A program made the position numbers and the translations under genes. A stretch of DNA of 64,000 bases, from the NCBI GenBank assembly GCA_965206695.1, contig CBDBKM010000002.1, positions 1 through 64,000 of the forward strand, written 5' to 3'. Below are positions 52,640 through 63,597 of this stretch, in pieces. The first letter of the stretch is position 1, and the number at the start of each line of letters is the position of its first letter. A model generated the notes under the pieces. The model was not told the origin of the DNA, ran no database searches, and saw nothing but the letters and a program-made list of their open reading frames with translations. Origin of the DNA: Chlamydiales bacterium (GTDB lineage Bacteria > Chlamydiota > Chlamydiia > Chlamydiales > JAAZZY01).

Positions 52640-53070
52640 TATATACTCTTCGCTACTGAAGGGTACACAAAAAAATATAAAGTGGGTTGAAGATACACTT
52701 AATGAAACATCCTGATTTTGTTTACCCTATCGTAAAGCACTTTTAAAAAATAATTCGGCATATGAGCTTATCCTAATAGATATCACGGAAACAGCAGTTG
52801 AAAGGCCAAAAAAAACAAAAATATTTCTACTCGTGGCAAAAGAAAAAGTATACCTTAAAGACTCAGGTTATAGTAGATAAGAAAACACGACAGATTATTT
52901 GTACTCCATTTTCTAGTGGCAGAAGACGTGATTTTAGACTGTTTAAGGAATCAAAAATAAAAATTTATCCGGGAATAAACCTATTAACTGATACGGGATA
53001 TCAAGGACTAAAAAAGCTTCATACTAATACCAAATATGCTAAAAAAGATAAGAAAAATAATCCATTTTAT
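52640..53070 (+). mobile_element. IS630-B left end fused to an ISL2-like transposase fragment
   Basis: tatactcttcgctactgaa, then KWVEDTL..ERPKK..DTGYQG. Confidence 0.7.
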
Positions 53071-53288
53071 CTGATCAGGTTATTAATTAAATGAACCTAT
53101 ATCATATTAATAATGACAGGCTTATGATAGTATTAGACTCTTTATTCTATATTAATAAATTAATGATATTATATTTATATATAAGTAATGAATTATAACA
53201 TTAAAAATACAGTTCAACATTATTCGTATACGGCGCATGAGATCTTCAGGTGATTTATTTTTCCTGAACCTTTTGAACCTTTATTTCT

Positions 53289-53376
53289 TTGACAGCTCCC
53301 AACCTTAAAGGGGAAGGGGTTCCTAATGCAACAACCATTGCTAATTAAGTGTTCGTCTAACAGGATCTTCAAAGAT
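53289..53376 (-). mobile_element. Orphan IS605 right end / omegaRNA remnant
   Basis: Similar to 46021-46105; ends in TCAA; preceded by TTAT. Confidence 0.7.
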
Positions 53377-53381
53377 ATAAA

Positions 53382-53798
53382 CTACCAAATACATTTGGCG
53401 TACTTTTCATGAGTAGCTAAGTTGATTTCAATGCCTTCTTCAGGTTCGACTTGAAAGGCCTTATGTTGCACAAAAACTCTTCTTAGACGTTCCTTTTCAT
53501 CAAAAATACATTCAAATGCAAGCCAACCATCAGCAATATAATAAGAAAAGAGAGAGCGATTTAAAAATCGCTCTCTTTTACAAGCAGATCTAAATATTTT
53601 CTCAGCCTGATCCCTCGGCATAAATCGGTTAAGATGAGCCGGAGTATGTGTCGAATCAAATAATAAACTCATAACATCAGTAAAAATCGGGTGATCAGAA
53701 GGCACTTTGATGCCCAAATCACCTGCCACATCTTCCGGCAAAGAAATTGGGTATCGGATACGATAAATTAGTTTAATAAATGCTTGTAAGACGTTCAT
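53382..53798 (-). CDS. Chlamydial-type hypothetical protein
   Basis: 138 aa ORF with IRYPISLPEDVA motif. Confidence 0.7.
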   Translation of the reverse strand: MNVLQAFIKLIYRIRYPISLPEDVAGDLGIKVPSDHPIFTDVMSLLFDSTHTPAHLNRFMPRDQAEKIFRSACKRERFLNRSLFSYYIADGWLAFECIFDEKERLRRVFVQHKAFQVEPEEGIEINLATHEKYAKCIW

Positions 53799-54075
53799 AA
53801 CGTTTAAGATTTTCCTTTTGTTAAAAAAACTAATATAGTACCATTTTTGATATAAGACAAGTGAAAATCGTTCCTATTAAATTAATATTACAACTTTTTA
53901 GATTTATATGAAAAACAAAACAACCTTGATTTAAAATTAATAAAAAAAGTCATTAAAATATTAATAAATTTCAGAAGAACTGTTTTCGGTATAGCTCAAC
54001 CGGATAAATATCTTTTATTAAACTAATTATAACATTAAGATTTGCAAAAAAACAAATGAATACATAAATAGCACG

Positions 54076-55089
54076 ATGACTTATTTAAGTAATTTGATTT
54101 TTAATTTTCATGCCATTGTTTTAAAAAAAATACCTCTTATGTTACTGACAGCTTCTCTTCCGGTTATAACATCCTCCGTGCATGCCGAGGAAATTGAAAC
54201 CTCTTCTAAGACAACTGTCTATGAAGGTAATCGTATCAGAATGTTTGTGCCTCACTCTCCTTTAGCATATGGATCTGTACAAATTGAACCTCTTCGTTCT
54301 ATCCAACACTTCAATCAAATGACTGAGGAGGAACACCTTGAATCTTACCAAAGCATGCAAAAAATAATTACTGTCTGGAAACAGAATGATGAGGTTAATG
54401 CCTATTTGATTTATGCTAAAGATTCCCTTGATGAAGAAAATCACTCATTTCATTTCGAATTAGTCCCTTTCTACAAGAATGATTGGAGTTTCGTAAAACA
54501 AGTAAAAATTTTATGGAACATCTGTTTTGGAAGCAGCTCATTAGGCTTACAAAAGAGAATCAATCTCAGTAAGCATTATTCAGACCACTACAATGATAAA
54601 AACATTGATATGATTGAATCATCTGAAAAAACTGATGATGCTTTTTGTCATCCTGAAGTTATTGATAAACAATCCATTTTCTCTTCTCAAAGAGTCAATG
54701 TCTTATATAACTATGCTCCTATCGGTTTTGGTGATAAAAAATGGCACTTTCTCTTTACAACTAAAGAACATCACCAATTTTTTGACCAAATCGATAGCAC
54801 AGAATATTTAGAAACCATCATTCTAATAAATAAAGTCTCTAGTTACTTCAAGGAACAACAACAAGCTAAAACAATGTACCTGTTCCATAAATCCGGTATT
54901 GAAGCCGGACAAACCGTACCTCATTGGCATGCTCATCTAATTTTTAGCCCGAACACTATTCACGATCTTTTGAGCAAATTCTATTTTTTAAAAAATATGA
55001 TATGCCCTTCTTCTCCTCTTCCATTAGACGAATTACAACAAAATGTTCGTTATTTCAAACAAGAATTTGAGCCTCTATCTAATAATTAA
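54076..55089 (+). CDS. HIT-family hydrolase (two HIT-like domains)
   Basis: AGQTVPHWHAHL HIT motif; degenerate N-terminal copy (FHFELVP). Confidence 0.8.
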   Translation: MTYLSNLIFNFHAIVLKKIPLMLLTASLPVITSSVHAEEIETSSKTTVYEGNRIRMFVPHSPLAYGSVQIEPLRSIQHFNQMTEEEHLESYQSMQKIITVWKQNDEVNAYLIYAKDSLDEENHSFHFELVPFYKNDWSFVKQVKILWNICFGSSSLGLQKRINLSKHYSDHYNDKNIDMIESSEKTDDAFCHPEVIDKQSIFSSQRVNVLYNYAPIGFGDKKWHFLFTTKEHHQFFDQIDSTEYLETIILINKVSSYFKEQQQAKTMYLFHKSGIEAGQTVPHWHAHLIFSPNTIHDLLSKFYFLKNMICPSSPLPLDELQQNVRYFKQEFEPLSNN

Positions 55090-55170
55090 AAATGAACAAG
55101 GATACTCTTGTCATGAAATTCTTATTGAGGGTATAAGATTCACTCTTATCACTTCGGTTAAGGGGTAGAT

Positions 55171-55767
55171 ATGTTAGGCATTTTTCTTGATATTGAAACT
55201 TCCGGGTTAAATACAAAGAAACACCGGATCTTAGAAATAGCTATTAAAATTCTGGATTTGGAAACTTTAAATATAGAAAAGTCTTATAGCAGTATTATCA
55301 AACAATCACCTGATATCTGGAAAAGAAGCGATCCTTTTAGTTTAAAAATCAACGGTTTTACCTGGGATCTTGTTTCGACAGGTAAGGATGAAGAACAAGC
55401 CGCTGAAGAAATTAGCGCTCTCTTCCTAAAGAAGCGAATCTTAAGAGAAAATGCTCTCTATATCTGCCAAAATCCATCATTTGATCGAGCCTTCTTTTCC
55501 CAATTAATCGATGTCGATATACAAGAAAAGCACCTATGGCCTTACCATTGGCTTGATTTAGCCTCTATGTACTGGAGTAGGCGTCTACAAAGCTATCAAG
55601 ATAAAATGACTAGTGCTCCTTGGGAAACCGGCGTTTCTAAAGATAGCATCGCATCTCAATATCATCTTCCCAAGGAAAACCAACCTCATCGGGCTATGAA
55701 CGGCGTGGATCATCTTATTTTATGCTACAAAGCTGTTAATTCTAATAACTCGTTTCATCGAGTGTAA
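55171..55767 (+). CDS. DEDDh 3'-5' exonuclease
   Basis: FLDIETSGL, QNPSFD and PHRAMNGV motifs. Confidence 0.85.
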   Translation: MLGIFLDIETSGLNTKKHRILEIAIKILDLETLNIEKSYSSIIKQSPDIWKRSDPFSLKINGFTWDLVSTGKDEEQAAEEISALFLKKRILRENALYICQNPSFDRAFFSQLIDVDIQEKHLWPYHWLDLASMYWSRRLQSYQDKMTSAPWETGVSKDSIASQYHLPKENQPHRAMNGVDHLILCYKAVNSNNSFHRV

Positions 55768-56767
55768 CTCGATGTCTGAAAATATGATAAATATAAATAC
55801 TGTATCCTATAACAAGAGGCACACCTATTGCTACAATGATTAGTAATACAACTAACGTTTTCAAAGAAGAAGATGCATTATAGACAGTTAGGCTATTTTG
55901 CAAGAAATCAACACTAGAAGGAACTAATAAAGGAAATGTTCCTAAAGCAAAAAGTATAAATGCAAAAACAATGCTCAAACTTGAAAACATAAAAGCTCTT
56001 CCATCCTTACCTTTATGAATTTGCCTTGGAACATTCAGAATACTTAATAGTGCTAAAATAGGAAAAATAACAAGCCATGGCACTTTAAACATCCCATATA
56101 GCAGATGAGGGACATGAACAAAGACGGTAATGGTTGTGGCGATATAGCATAAAAAGAAAAAGCCAATACACGCCTTAACAACTGTTCTCAACCTCTCATG
56201 AAGCTCCCCTTCTGTTTTCATTATTAAAAAGATAGAGCCATGCATCATAAAAAGTGAAATGGTTGTAATCCCCAATATAATAGTAAATGGGGAAAAGTAA
56301 GAAGCGAAGTTACCTATAAAATTATAGTTCTCATCAAGAGGAATACCGATAACAAGATTGCCTAAAATAATACCAATGCCAAACGTCATAGCTAAACTGG
56401 AAATAAAAAATAGATAATCCCAAATACAACGCCATGTCTTAGACTCTGATTTACTTCTAAATTCTATGCTAACAGCTCTAAAAATGATGCCTCCTATAAG
56501 AATCATCACTAAATCATAAAAGGATGAAAAAATGGTAGCAAAGGCAATTGGAAAACCGGCAAAAAGCCCTCCTCCGATAATAATTAGCCATACTGCATTG
56601 CCATCCCAGACAGGTCCAATCGCATTTAAAAAGATTCTTCTCTCTTCATCTTTTCCTGCCAAAGGATGAAGAATACCTACACCTAAATCAAAACCATCTA
56701 ATATACTAAAATTAATTAGAGAAACTATAATGATGCAGTACCAAAATATCTGAAAACCCTCTAACAT
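55742..56767 (-). CDS. cydB: Cytochrome bd oxidase subunit II
   Basis: LDGFDLGVG, IGPVWDGN and FRAVSIEFRSK motifs. Confidence 0.95.
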   Translation of the reverse strand: MLEGFQIFWYCIIIVSLINFSILDGFDLGVGILHPLAGKDEERRIFLNAIGPVWDGNAVWLIIIGGGLFAGFPIAFATIFSSFYDLVMILIGGIIFRAVSIEFRSKSESKTWRCIWDYLFFISSLAMTFGIGIILGNLVIGIPLDENYNFIGNFASYFSPFTIILGITTISLFMMHGSIFLIMKTEGELHERLRTVVKACIGFFFLCYIATTITVFVHVPHLLYGMFKVPWLVIFPILALLSILNVPRQIHKGKDGRAFMFSSLSIVFAFILFALGTFPLLVPSSVDFLQNSLTVYNASSSLKTLVVLLIIVAIGVPLVIGYSIYIYHIFRHRVTLDETSY

Positions 56768-58146
56768 TTTGACTCCTCTACTTTTACTTTCTTGTCTGAA
56801 AACGGATCTCGGTAAGGATCTACAGCGTCGGTGTGATCATCGGGACCATTTCTGATTTTACGATCCAAAAGAAACACAAACATAATAAATAAGAGAATAA
56901 AAATACTGATAAACATAATCAATGAACCTATCACCTGACCTGCAACGATCGATGGTGTTATACCTTGGCTTGTTCTCAAAAGTCCATAAACTAACCAAGG
57001 TTGCCTACCCATTTCAGCTGAAAACCATCCTAGCATATTACCCGTCATCGGACAAATAACTGAAACAACCAAAATGCGTAATATCCATTTACTATCGGTA
57101 AATAGGGTTCCTTTCCACAACTTTACCCAAGCCCAAAGAAGGATAAGAAACATCACACCCCAAAGTATAATCATTAAATGATAGGTTTGAAACACCTGAG
57201 CGGCTAAAGGCCAATCCTCTTTTGGTATCTGATCCAAACCTTGAACAGGGGTTTTAAAATTTCTATACATTAAAAAGCTCAATAGCCCGGGTATCTTTAA
57301 CCCACTACTAACTGTTTGAGTTTCAGGATCAGAATGACCAAAAATATACATAGGGGTATAGGATTCTGTTTTATAAACCCCTTCAAAAGCAGCTAATTTA
57401 GCGGGCTGGGCCCCTCGCGCACTTGAATCTCCTGACCACAATTGAAGTAAAATCGAAATACCACCTAAAATAAGGCCGATTTTCATCGTTTTCTTTGCAA
57501 AATCAATATGCCTATTCTTTAATAAATAATAGGCACTAACACTTAAGATTAAAAATGCTCCTGACAGCCAACAGCCCAGAATTACGTGACCCATACGAGT
57601 TAAGGCGGAAGGGTTAAAAAGTGCGGCCGAAAAACTAGTTAGAACAGCATGAGATTCCGCTCCTTTTCCTACTATCTGATAGCCGGCGGGGGTCTGCATC
57701 CAGGAATTAGCACAAACGATCCAAAAAGCACTTAGATGAGCTCCAAGTGCAACCATACAGGTTGCAAGAAAATGAACTTTAGAGCTTACTTTATTCCAAC
57801 CAAAAAGTAAGATACCTAAAAATCCGGCTTCTAGTGTAAAGGCAAAGATACCTTCTGCTCCCAGGAGACTTCCAAATACATCCCCCACATAACTTGAAAA
57901 GCGTGACCAATTAGTGCCAAAACCAAAAACATTTACCACCCCGGTAGCTACCCCAAGAGCAAAAATCAGAGCAAATATTTTGACCCAAAAACGTGTCATA
58001 TTCTCATAAATTTTACTCTTAGTTATTAAATACATCCCCTCCATCACAATCAAAGCCAACCCTAAACCAATAGTAAGAGGGGGGAAAATATAATGAAATG
58101 AAATGTGGAGAGCAAATTGAACTCTGGAAAGGAATACTACGTCCAT
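56761..58146 (-). CDS. cydA: Cytochrome bd oxidase subunit I
   Basis: SRVQFA..FHYIF, FGTNW, NSWMQTP, QPAKLAA and EMGRQPW motifs; likely start 58146. Confidence 0.95.
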   Translation of the reverse strand: MDVVFLSRVQFALHISFHYIFPPLTIGLGLALIVMEGMYLITKSKIYENMTRFWVKIFALIFALGVATGVVNVFGFGTNWSRFSSYVGDVFGSLLGAEGIFAFTLEAGFLGILLFGWNKVSSKVHFLATCMVALGAHLSAFWIVCANSWMQTPAGYQIVGKGAESHAVLTSFSAALFNPSALTRMGHVILGCWLSGAFLILSVSAYYLLKNRHIDFAKKTMKIGLILGGISILLQLWSGDSSARGAQPAKLAAFEGVYKTESYTPMYIFGHSDPETQTVSSGLKIPGLLSFLMYRNFKTPVQGLDQIPKEDWPLAAQVFQTYHLMIILWGVMFLILLWAWVKLWKGTLFTDSKWILRILVVSVICPMTGNMLGWFSAEMGRQPWLVYGLLRTSQGITPSIVAGQVIGSLIMFISIFILLFIMFVFLLDRKIRNGPDDHTDAVDPYRDPFSDKKVKVEESKC

Positions 58147-58274
58147 AAATGACACCAATTGTGAAAATGATATTACTATCTTATAAGCGACATCCTGCAT
58201 ATAAGAGCTGGCTGGATATCGTATTGGTATGTTATATTATAAAATAATTGGCAAACAAAAATTTTATTTATCTT

Positions 58275-59072
58275 ATGAAGAAGCATTATCTTATGGGCAT
58301 CCTCAATGTGACACCTGATTCCTTTTTTGACGGCGGTACTTATTGCTCTGCAAATGATGCTATCAAGCATGGAATTGAAATTTATGAACAAGGCGCCGAT
58401 TATATTGATATAGGAGGAGAATCTACACGACCCGGCTCTAAAGAGGTTTCTACTGAAGAAGAATTGCGAAGAGTTATACCGGTTATCCGAGCATTAAAAA
58501 AAGAAGTCCCTATTCCTCTTTCTATAGACACAAAAAAACCGGAAGTTGCTAAGCAAGCTGTCGCACATGGAGTCTCTCTTGTTAATGATATTAGTGGTCT
58601 TTGCAATCCTGAAATGCGAGCATTAGTAGCCGATAGTAAAGTCCGGGTTTGTGTCATGCATATGCAAAATCACCCGGAGACCATGCAACAAAACCCTTCT
58701 TATAACCACGTCATGGATGATCTCGTCGCATGGTTTGAAAACAGAATTGAACTATTATTAAATGACGGAATCAAAAAAGAACAAATCATAATCGATCCGG
58801 GCATCGGCTTTGGAAAAACCGTAGCTCATAACGTTCAAATCTTGCAGAACTTGAAAACGTTTTCAACTTTTGACCTTCCCATTTTATTAGGCGCTTCCCG
58901 CAAGTCATTTATATCTAAAATTCTAAATAAAGAATCACAAGATTTACTTTCAGGCACCTTAGCTGTTAATACATTGGCGTTAATGAATGGAGCGCATTAT
59001 ATTCGAGTACATGATATCATCCCCCATAGAGATACCATTGATGTAATTTCTGCTATACAAAATCAGAATTAA
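58275..59072 (+). CDS. folP: Dihydropteroate synthase
   Basis: MGILNVTPDSF, IGGESTRPG, DPGIGFGK, SRKSF and IRVHD motifs. Confidence 0.96.
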   Translation: MKKHYLMGILNVTPDSFFDGGTYCSANDAIKHGIEIYEQGADYIDIGGESTRPGSKEVSTEEELRRVIPVIRALKKEVPIPLSIDTKKPEVAKQAVAHGVSLVNDISGLCNPEMRALVADSKVRVCVMHMQNHPETMQQNPSYNHVMDDLVAWFENRIELLLNDGIKKEQIIIDPGIGFGKTVAHNVQILQNLKTFSTFDLPILLGASRKSFISKILNKESQDLLSGTLAVNTLALMNGAHYIRVHDIIPHRDTIDVISAIQNQN

Positions 59073-59101
59073 GGGAATAAAACGAGTAAAGCAACGATAC
59101 C

Positions 59102-59896
59102 ATGATATTTCCCAGTATATATATTCCAATTATTGAGATTCTTGTAATAGCCATTTTATTCAATTGGCTACTCTCATTTTTTTGGAATACGAGAACAATG
59201 GATCTGTTTTTTGGATTCATAGCCTTTGTACTTATCTTTGCTTTTGCTTCCTGGCTACATCTCCCTGTTCTTCAGAAAATCATGTCTCATATTGTTAATG
59301 TTGCCGTTTTAGCTGTTATCATTTTATTTCAACCCGAATTAAGAATTGCGCTTAGTAAACTTAGTCTTAAAGGCAAAAAATATAGAAAAATTACAGAATT
59401 TGATCGCTTTTTAGATACTTTAGCTACCTCGGTTTATCGATTAGCAGATAAACGAACCGGTGCTATTGTTTTGCTCGAAAATAATGATTCGTTAGAAGAA
59501 TTTGCAAAAAAATCTGTGATTTTAGAGTCTAATTTTTCTTCCGAATTACTGGAATCTATTTTTATGACGACAACTCCTTTACATGATGGGGCAGTCATAA
59601 TCCGTAATACGACAATTATTTCAGCAGCAACGATACTTCCTTTAGCTGAAGACACCACACAAATAACCAAGTCAATGGGAACCAGACATAGAGCAGGTCT
59701 GGGATTGAGCCAAATTACCGATGCTGTCATTATAGTTATCTCTGAGGAAACGGGCAAAGTTTCAATAGCACGTGACGGTATTATGACTCGAGGCATCAAA
59801 ATTGATCGATTTAAAGGTATACTAAGAAGCGTTTTTAACTCGCCAAAAATAACTGCATCAACTCGTTTTAATCCTTTAAAGTGGATTAAAGAATGA
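59102..59896 (+). CDS. dacA: Diadenylate cyclase (c-di-AMP)
   Basis: 3 TM segments; FQPELR, PLHDGA and GTRHRA motifs. Confidence 0.95.
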   Translation: MIFPSIYIPIIEILVIAILFNWLLSFFWNTRTMDLFFGFIAFVLIFAFASWLHLPVLQKIMSHIVNVAVLAVIILFQPELRIALSKLSLKGKKYRKITEFDRFLDTLATSVYRLADKRTGAIVLLENNDSLEEFAKKSVILESNFSSELLESIFMTTTPLHDGAVIIRNTTIISAATILPLAEDTTQITKSMGTRHRAGLGLSQITDAVIIVISEETGKVSIARDGIMTRGIKIDRFKGILRSVFNSPKITASTRFNPLKWIKE

Positions 59897-61146
59897 AAAC
59901 TTTTTTAAAACAATGGTTTTATCTAAATTGGCAACGTAAATTAGTCGCTTTAATCTTGGCTATTGTCGTATGGATTTTAGTTAATCACGCTATAACAGTA
60001 ACCATCGCACTCCATCATATACCTATTAAGGTTATTCATCTACCACCCGGAAAAACAATAGAGGGCCTAAGACCTGATAGTACCTTGGATCGAGATCTCA
60101 CATTACACATTACAGGTTCAAAACGAGTTTTGGATCATATTACTTCCAGTGATTTAGCGGTCTTAGTCAATGCCGCCAACAAAGGTAATGAATGGATCGT
60201 AACGATAAGAAAAAATGAACTTGTAAGTCTCAATCCATCAATAGACTTGTTTAGAAATATTACTTCCGTGTCTCATGAAAACTTTATCATTAAGCTCAGT
60301 AATTTAATTACAGAAGAAATCCCGGTTTTTATTAGTCAACCTATCGGTTCTCCCCCTGATGGATTTCAATTTCTTGATATTTGGCCACGAAAAATCTTTT
60401 TTAAAGTCAGAGGTCCGGAAGATGAAGTCAAAAAGCTTAAATTAAAAGGTTTGAAACTAACCTTTAATTTAAATGAAATCTCACAACGCACATTAAATGA
60501 GCTTTATAATGAGCAAAAAAACCATCTCCATGACGAAATTAGTTTTCGTATTCCTCAAGCATGGCTAAAAGTTCACCAACCCTCCTTAAAAGAAAAAAAT
60601 ATTGAAATCTTATCTTCCAAAGATACAGAAGTTCTTCGTATTGATTTTATTAAACAACACCTCATCCCTCTCGACACCTACTTACCTATTGAAGTTTTTT
60701 ACCCTTTAAGACTAAGTCGGGAAATAAATCCTCTCAATTTTTATCTTTTACCCAATACAACGATTAAGGAAATCAATGGCATCTCAGTTTTAAATCTTGC
60801 TCTTTACGCTCATAGTGTCAGCCATCAATTTTTAGATACCATTAGAGATAACCTCCAAATAACTATCACTGCCACTCCGAATAAGAATAGGCAGCTTCCT
60901 TGGAGTCTTGAATTTATTAATTTTAAATACTTAGAAGATCGATATGTCAATACAATGTTATCTGATCCTACTGACCCAAAACTGAATCCTTTGTCTCCAT
61001 CTTCAAGAGAAGAATATTTACGTCATCGTTTTCAACGTTATATACAAACCTTTCAATTGTTTATAGCCCCCAATAAGCCCCTAAAAATGAGAATAGAATT
61101 AAAAAATAATGAGATCATTCTCCTTCCGGAGATTGACAATTCATGA
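59893..61146 (+). CDS. ybbR: YbbR/CdaR-like regulator of DacA
   Basis: NWQRK..LAIVVW TM segment; overlaps the dacA stop codon. Confidence 0.85.
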   Translation: MKTFLKQWFYLNWQRKLVALILAIVVWILVNHAITVTIALHHIPIKVIHLPPGKTIEGLRPDSTLDRDLTLHITGSKRVLDHITSSDLAVLVNAANKGNEWIVTIRKNELVSLNPSIDLFRNITSVSHENFIIKLSNLITEEIPVFISQPIGSPPDGFQFLDIWPRKIFFKVRGPEDEVKKLKLKGLKLTFNLNEISQRTLNELYNEQKNHLHDEISFRIPQAWLKVHQPSLKEKNIEILSSKDTEVLRIDFIKQHLIPLDTYLPIEVFYPLRLSREINPLNFYLLPNTTIKEINGISVLNLALYAHSVSHQFLDTIRDNLQITITATPNKNRQLPWSLEFINFKYLEDRYVNTMLSDPTDPKLNPLSPSSREEYLRHRFQRYIQTFQLFIAPNKPLKMRIELKNNEIILLPEIDNS

Positions 61147-62279
61147 AAATGACGATCTTAAAAAGCAATCTATCTTATTTTGGAGGATTGGAAAAATATG
61201 CCTTAAGGGTCGCACATGCTTTTAGCGATCAAGGTTGCGAGGTTAACTTATTAACAACAGGTGACTTGCCTCCTATAGATTTTAAAACTATCACACCCGT
61301 TAAAGTCGGTACACCGGGCTCAATTAGCCTTCTTAATCTTAAAGAATTTGATAGAAATTGTTACCGCTGGTGCAATGAAAACCAAAGCGACATTATTTTC
61401 GGATTTGATCGTAATCGATATCAAACGCATTATCGTGCCGGAAATGGCGTTCACGCAGCCTATTTACAAAGGCGCAAACATATAGACTCTTTTTTCCGTT
61501 GTTTATCATTTTCGATCAACCCCCTTCACCGCTATATCTTACAGACCGAAATGCAGATGTTCAATCACCCTGCTCTTAAATTGCTTTTTACAAATTCTCA
61601 AATGGTACGAGACGAGTTATTATCTTATTATCAAATTGATGAGAAGAAAATCAAAGTTGTTCATAATGGTGTCAACTGGAACGACATGCAAAGTGACTTC
61701 GACCATTATGAAGAACAACGACGAGCGCTGCAAAATAAAATGGGCTTAGATCCTAATGCCTTTCAATTTCTATTCGCCGGAAATGGATATAAAAGAAAAG
61801 GGTTACCTCTTTTGCTTAAAGCTCTTAACAGACTTAAAACTAAACACTTTCAACTAATGGTAGTAGGTAGAGATAAAGAACTGAAGTATTTCTCACATTT
61901 AGCAAAAAAATATAACCTTAACGATCAAGTATTCTTTCATGGATACCGGAAAGACTTACTTCCTTTTTATAAAGCAGCAGATGCATTGATTATTCCTTCT
62001 CTTTATGACCCCTTTGCCAGTGTTACATTAGAAGCACTTAGTATGGGATTATTTGTCATTTCATCTAAGTATAATGGAGCACATGAAATATTAACTAACG
62101 AAAGCGGTTGCCTTATTCCTGATCTTTTTGATATTGAAGCATTTACTTATAGCTTAGAAAATGCTTTAAAATTCCCAAAAAACAAGAAACAGGCGACTAA
62201 TATTCGCAATACTATTAAACATTTAGATTTTTCAAAACAACTTCATGAAATTGTTGACCAAACCCTTAAAAACTATTAA
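61143..62279 (+). CDS. Glycosyltransferase family 4 (WaaG-like)
   Basis: GGLEKY, HNGV, RKG and PSLYDPF..VTLEAL motifs. Confidence 0.88.
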   Translation: MKMTILKSNLSYFGGLEKYALRVAHAFSDQGCEVNLLTTGDLPPIDFKTITPVKVGTPGSISLLNLKEFDRNCYRWCNENQSDIIFGFDRNRYQTHYRAGNGVHAAYLQRRKHIDSFFRCLSFSINPLHRYILQTEMQMFNHPALKLLFTNSQMVRDELLSYYQIDEKKIKVVHNGVNWNDMQSDFDHYEEQRRALQNKMGLDPNAFQFLFAGNGYKRKGLPLLLKALNRLKTKHFQLMVVGRDKELKYFSHLAKKYNLNDQVFFHGYRKDLLPFYKAADALIIPSLYDPFASVTLEALSMGLFVISSKYNGAHEILTNESGCLIPDLFDIEAFTYSLENALKFPKNKKQATNIRNTIKHLDFSKQLHEIVDQTLKNY

Positions 62280-63597
62280 ACAAAAAATAAGATTCTCAAT
62301 ATTTAGCAATAATCTTATTTGCTTTGGTATTTCCCTGATTAGATTGCCAATATCGTTTTTATCTTATAAAATGATACATCGACTAGGAAAAATTTTGGGA
62401 ACGATTGCCTATTATACAGTAAAAAAGAAAAGAACACTGGCTATGAATAATTTAGCTGTTTGCAAAACACTTCATTTGAATGAAAAACAGATGAAAAAAA
62501 TAGCTAAACAATCTTTTCAAAATTTAATGATGATTTCTCTAGAGTATTGTAAACTATCTCGCAGTCGTTTTAAAATGCATGAACTTGTTCATTGTGAAAA
62601 TCAGAATGTTTTAACACCACTAAAAGAGAAAAATACAGGTATCATTTTTGTAACCGGTCATTTAGCAAATTGGGAGCTTTGTTTTATCGAATACACCCAA
62701 TATGAACACGCTATGGCAGTTGGAAGACCGATTAAAAATCTCAAGTTATATCAACAAATTATGGATATTCGCCGGATGCACGGCGGTAGTGTTATCGATG
62801 TTCGAGATGCTCTTAAAAAAGGAGTGCAAGAATTAAATAACCGGGGGTCTTTTGCTATGGTCAATGATCAAGCTTTTCCGGAAAGTTCTTATGCCTATCC
62901 CCTTTTCGGCACAAGAGCGTGGACATCTCCCTCGCCCGCCCTTCTCGCATACCGAACGAACAGCCCAATAATCGTTGTATCAACCAAACGGCATAATAAT
63001 GGTACTTACACCTATACATATTCCAAACCTATCCGGCCCAATACAGTTAATTCTTTAAAGAAAGAAATCTATAATGTAATGAACCAAGTCATGAAAAACC
63101 TCGAAGATGCTATTCTCACCTGTCCGGGACAGTGGCTATGGCTTCATAAACGTTGGAAGCAAGAAGGCTATAGGCAAATCTATAAATCTTACAAATATGA
63201 TAATTTTTTAATCATTATGCCTTCTGATCCTAAGCAGTATGATTTGATAAATTCTCACCTGCCCGCTCTGCGTTGTATGTATACCAGAAGTTTTTTTTCT
63301 GTATTGGTGCCTAAGGGACAAGATAATAATGTGAATTTAAAAGATGTAACTATTTTAACTTATGAATCATCAGGAGACCTTTTTCTTAAAGACTGGTCCT
63401 ATCAACTTATTTTTGATTTCTATGATTCTCATCGATTAAGAAAGCATTTTTTAAGACTTGGAGCTTATAAAGCTCTTTCCTTTAAACAATTACTTAAAAA
63501 AATCCCGAAGGAACAGATTCAATTAGATAAACCTCACACTCATAACTTTTTGACACAATCTCTTTGTATTCCCGGAACTCAATTTGTGATGAATTAA
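62245..63597 (+). CDS. htrB: Lipid A late acyltransferase with C-terminal extension
   Basis: GHLANWE, DQ and PGQWLWLHKRWK motifs. Confidence 0.88.
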   Translation: MKLLTKPLKTIKQKIRFSIFSNNLICFGISLIRLPISFLSYKMIHRLGKILGTIAYYTVKKKRTLAMNNLAVCKTLHLNEKQMKKIAKQSFQNLMMISLEYCKLSRSRFKMHELVHCENQNVLTPLKEKNTGIIFVTGHLANWELCFIEYTQYEHAMAVGRPIKNLKLYQQIMDIRRMHGGSVIDVRDALKKGVQELNNRGSFAMVNDQAFPESSYAYPLFGTRAWTSPSPALLAYRTNSPIIVVSTKRHNNGTYTYTYSKPIRPNTVNSLKKEIYNVMNQVMKNLEDAILTCPGQWLWLHKRWKQEGYRQIYKSYKYDNFLIIMPSDPKQYDLINSHLPALRCMYTRSFFSVLVPKGQDNNVNLKDVTILTYESSGDLFLKDWSYQLIFDFYDSHRLRKHFLRLGAYKALSFKQLLKKIPKEQIQLDKPHTHNFLTQSLCIPGTQFVMN

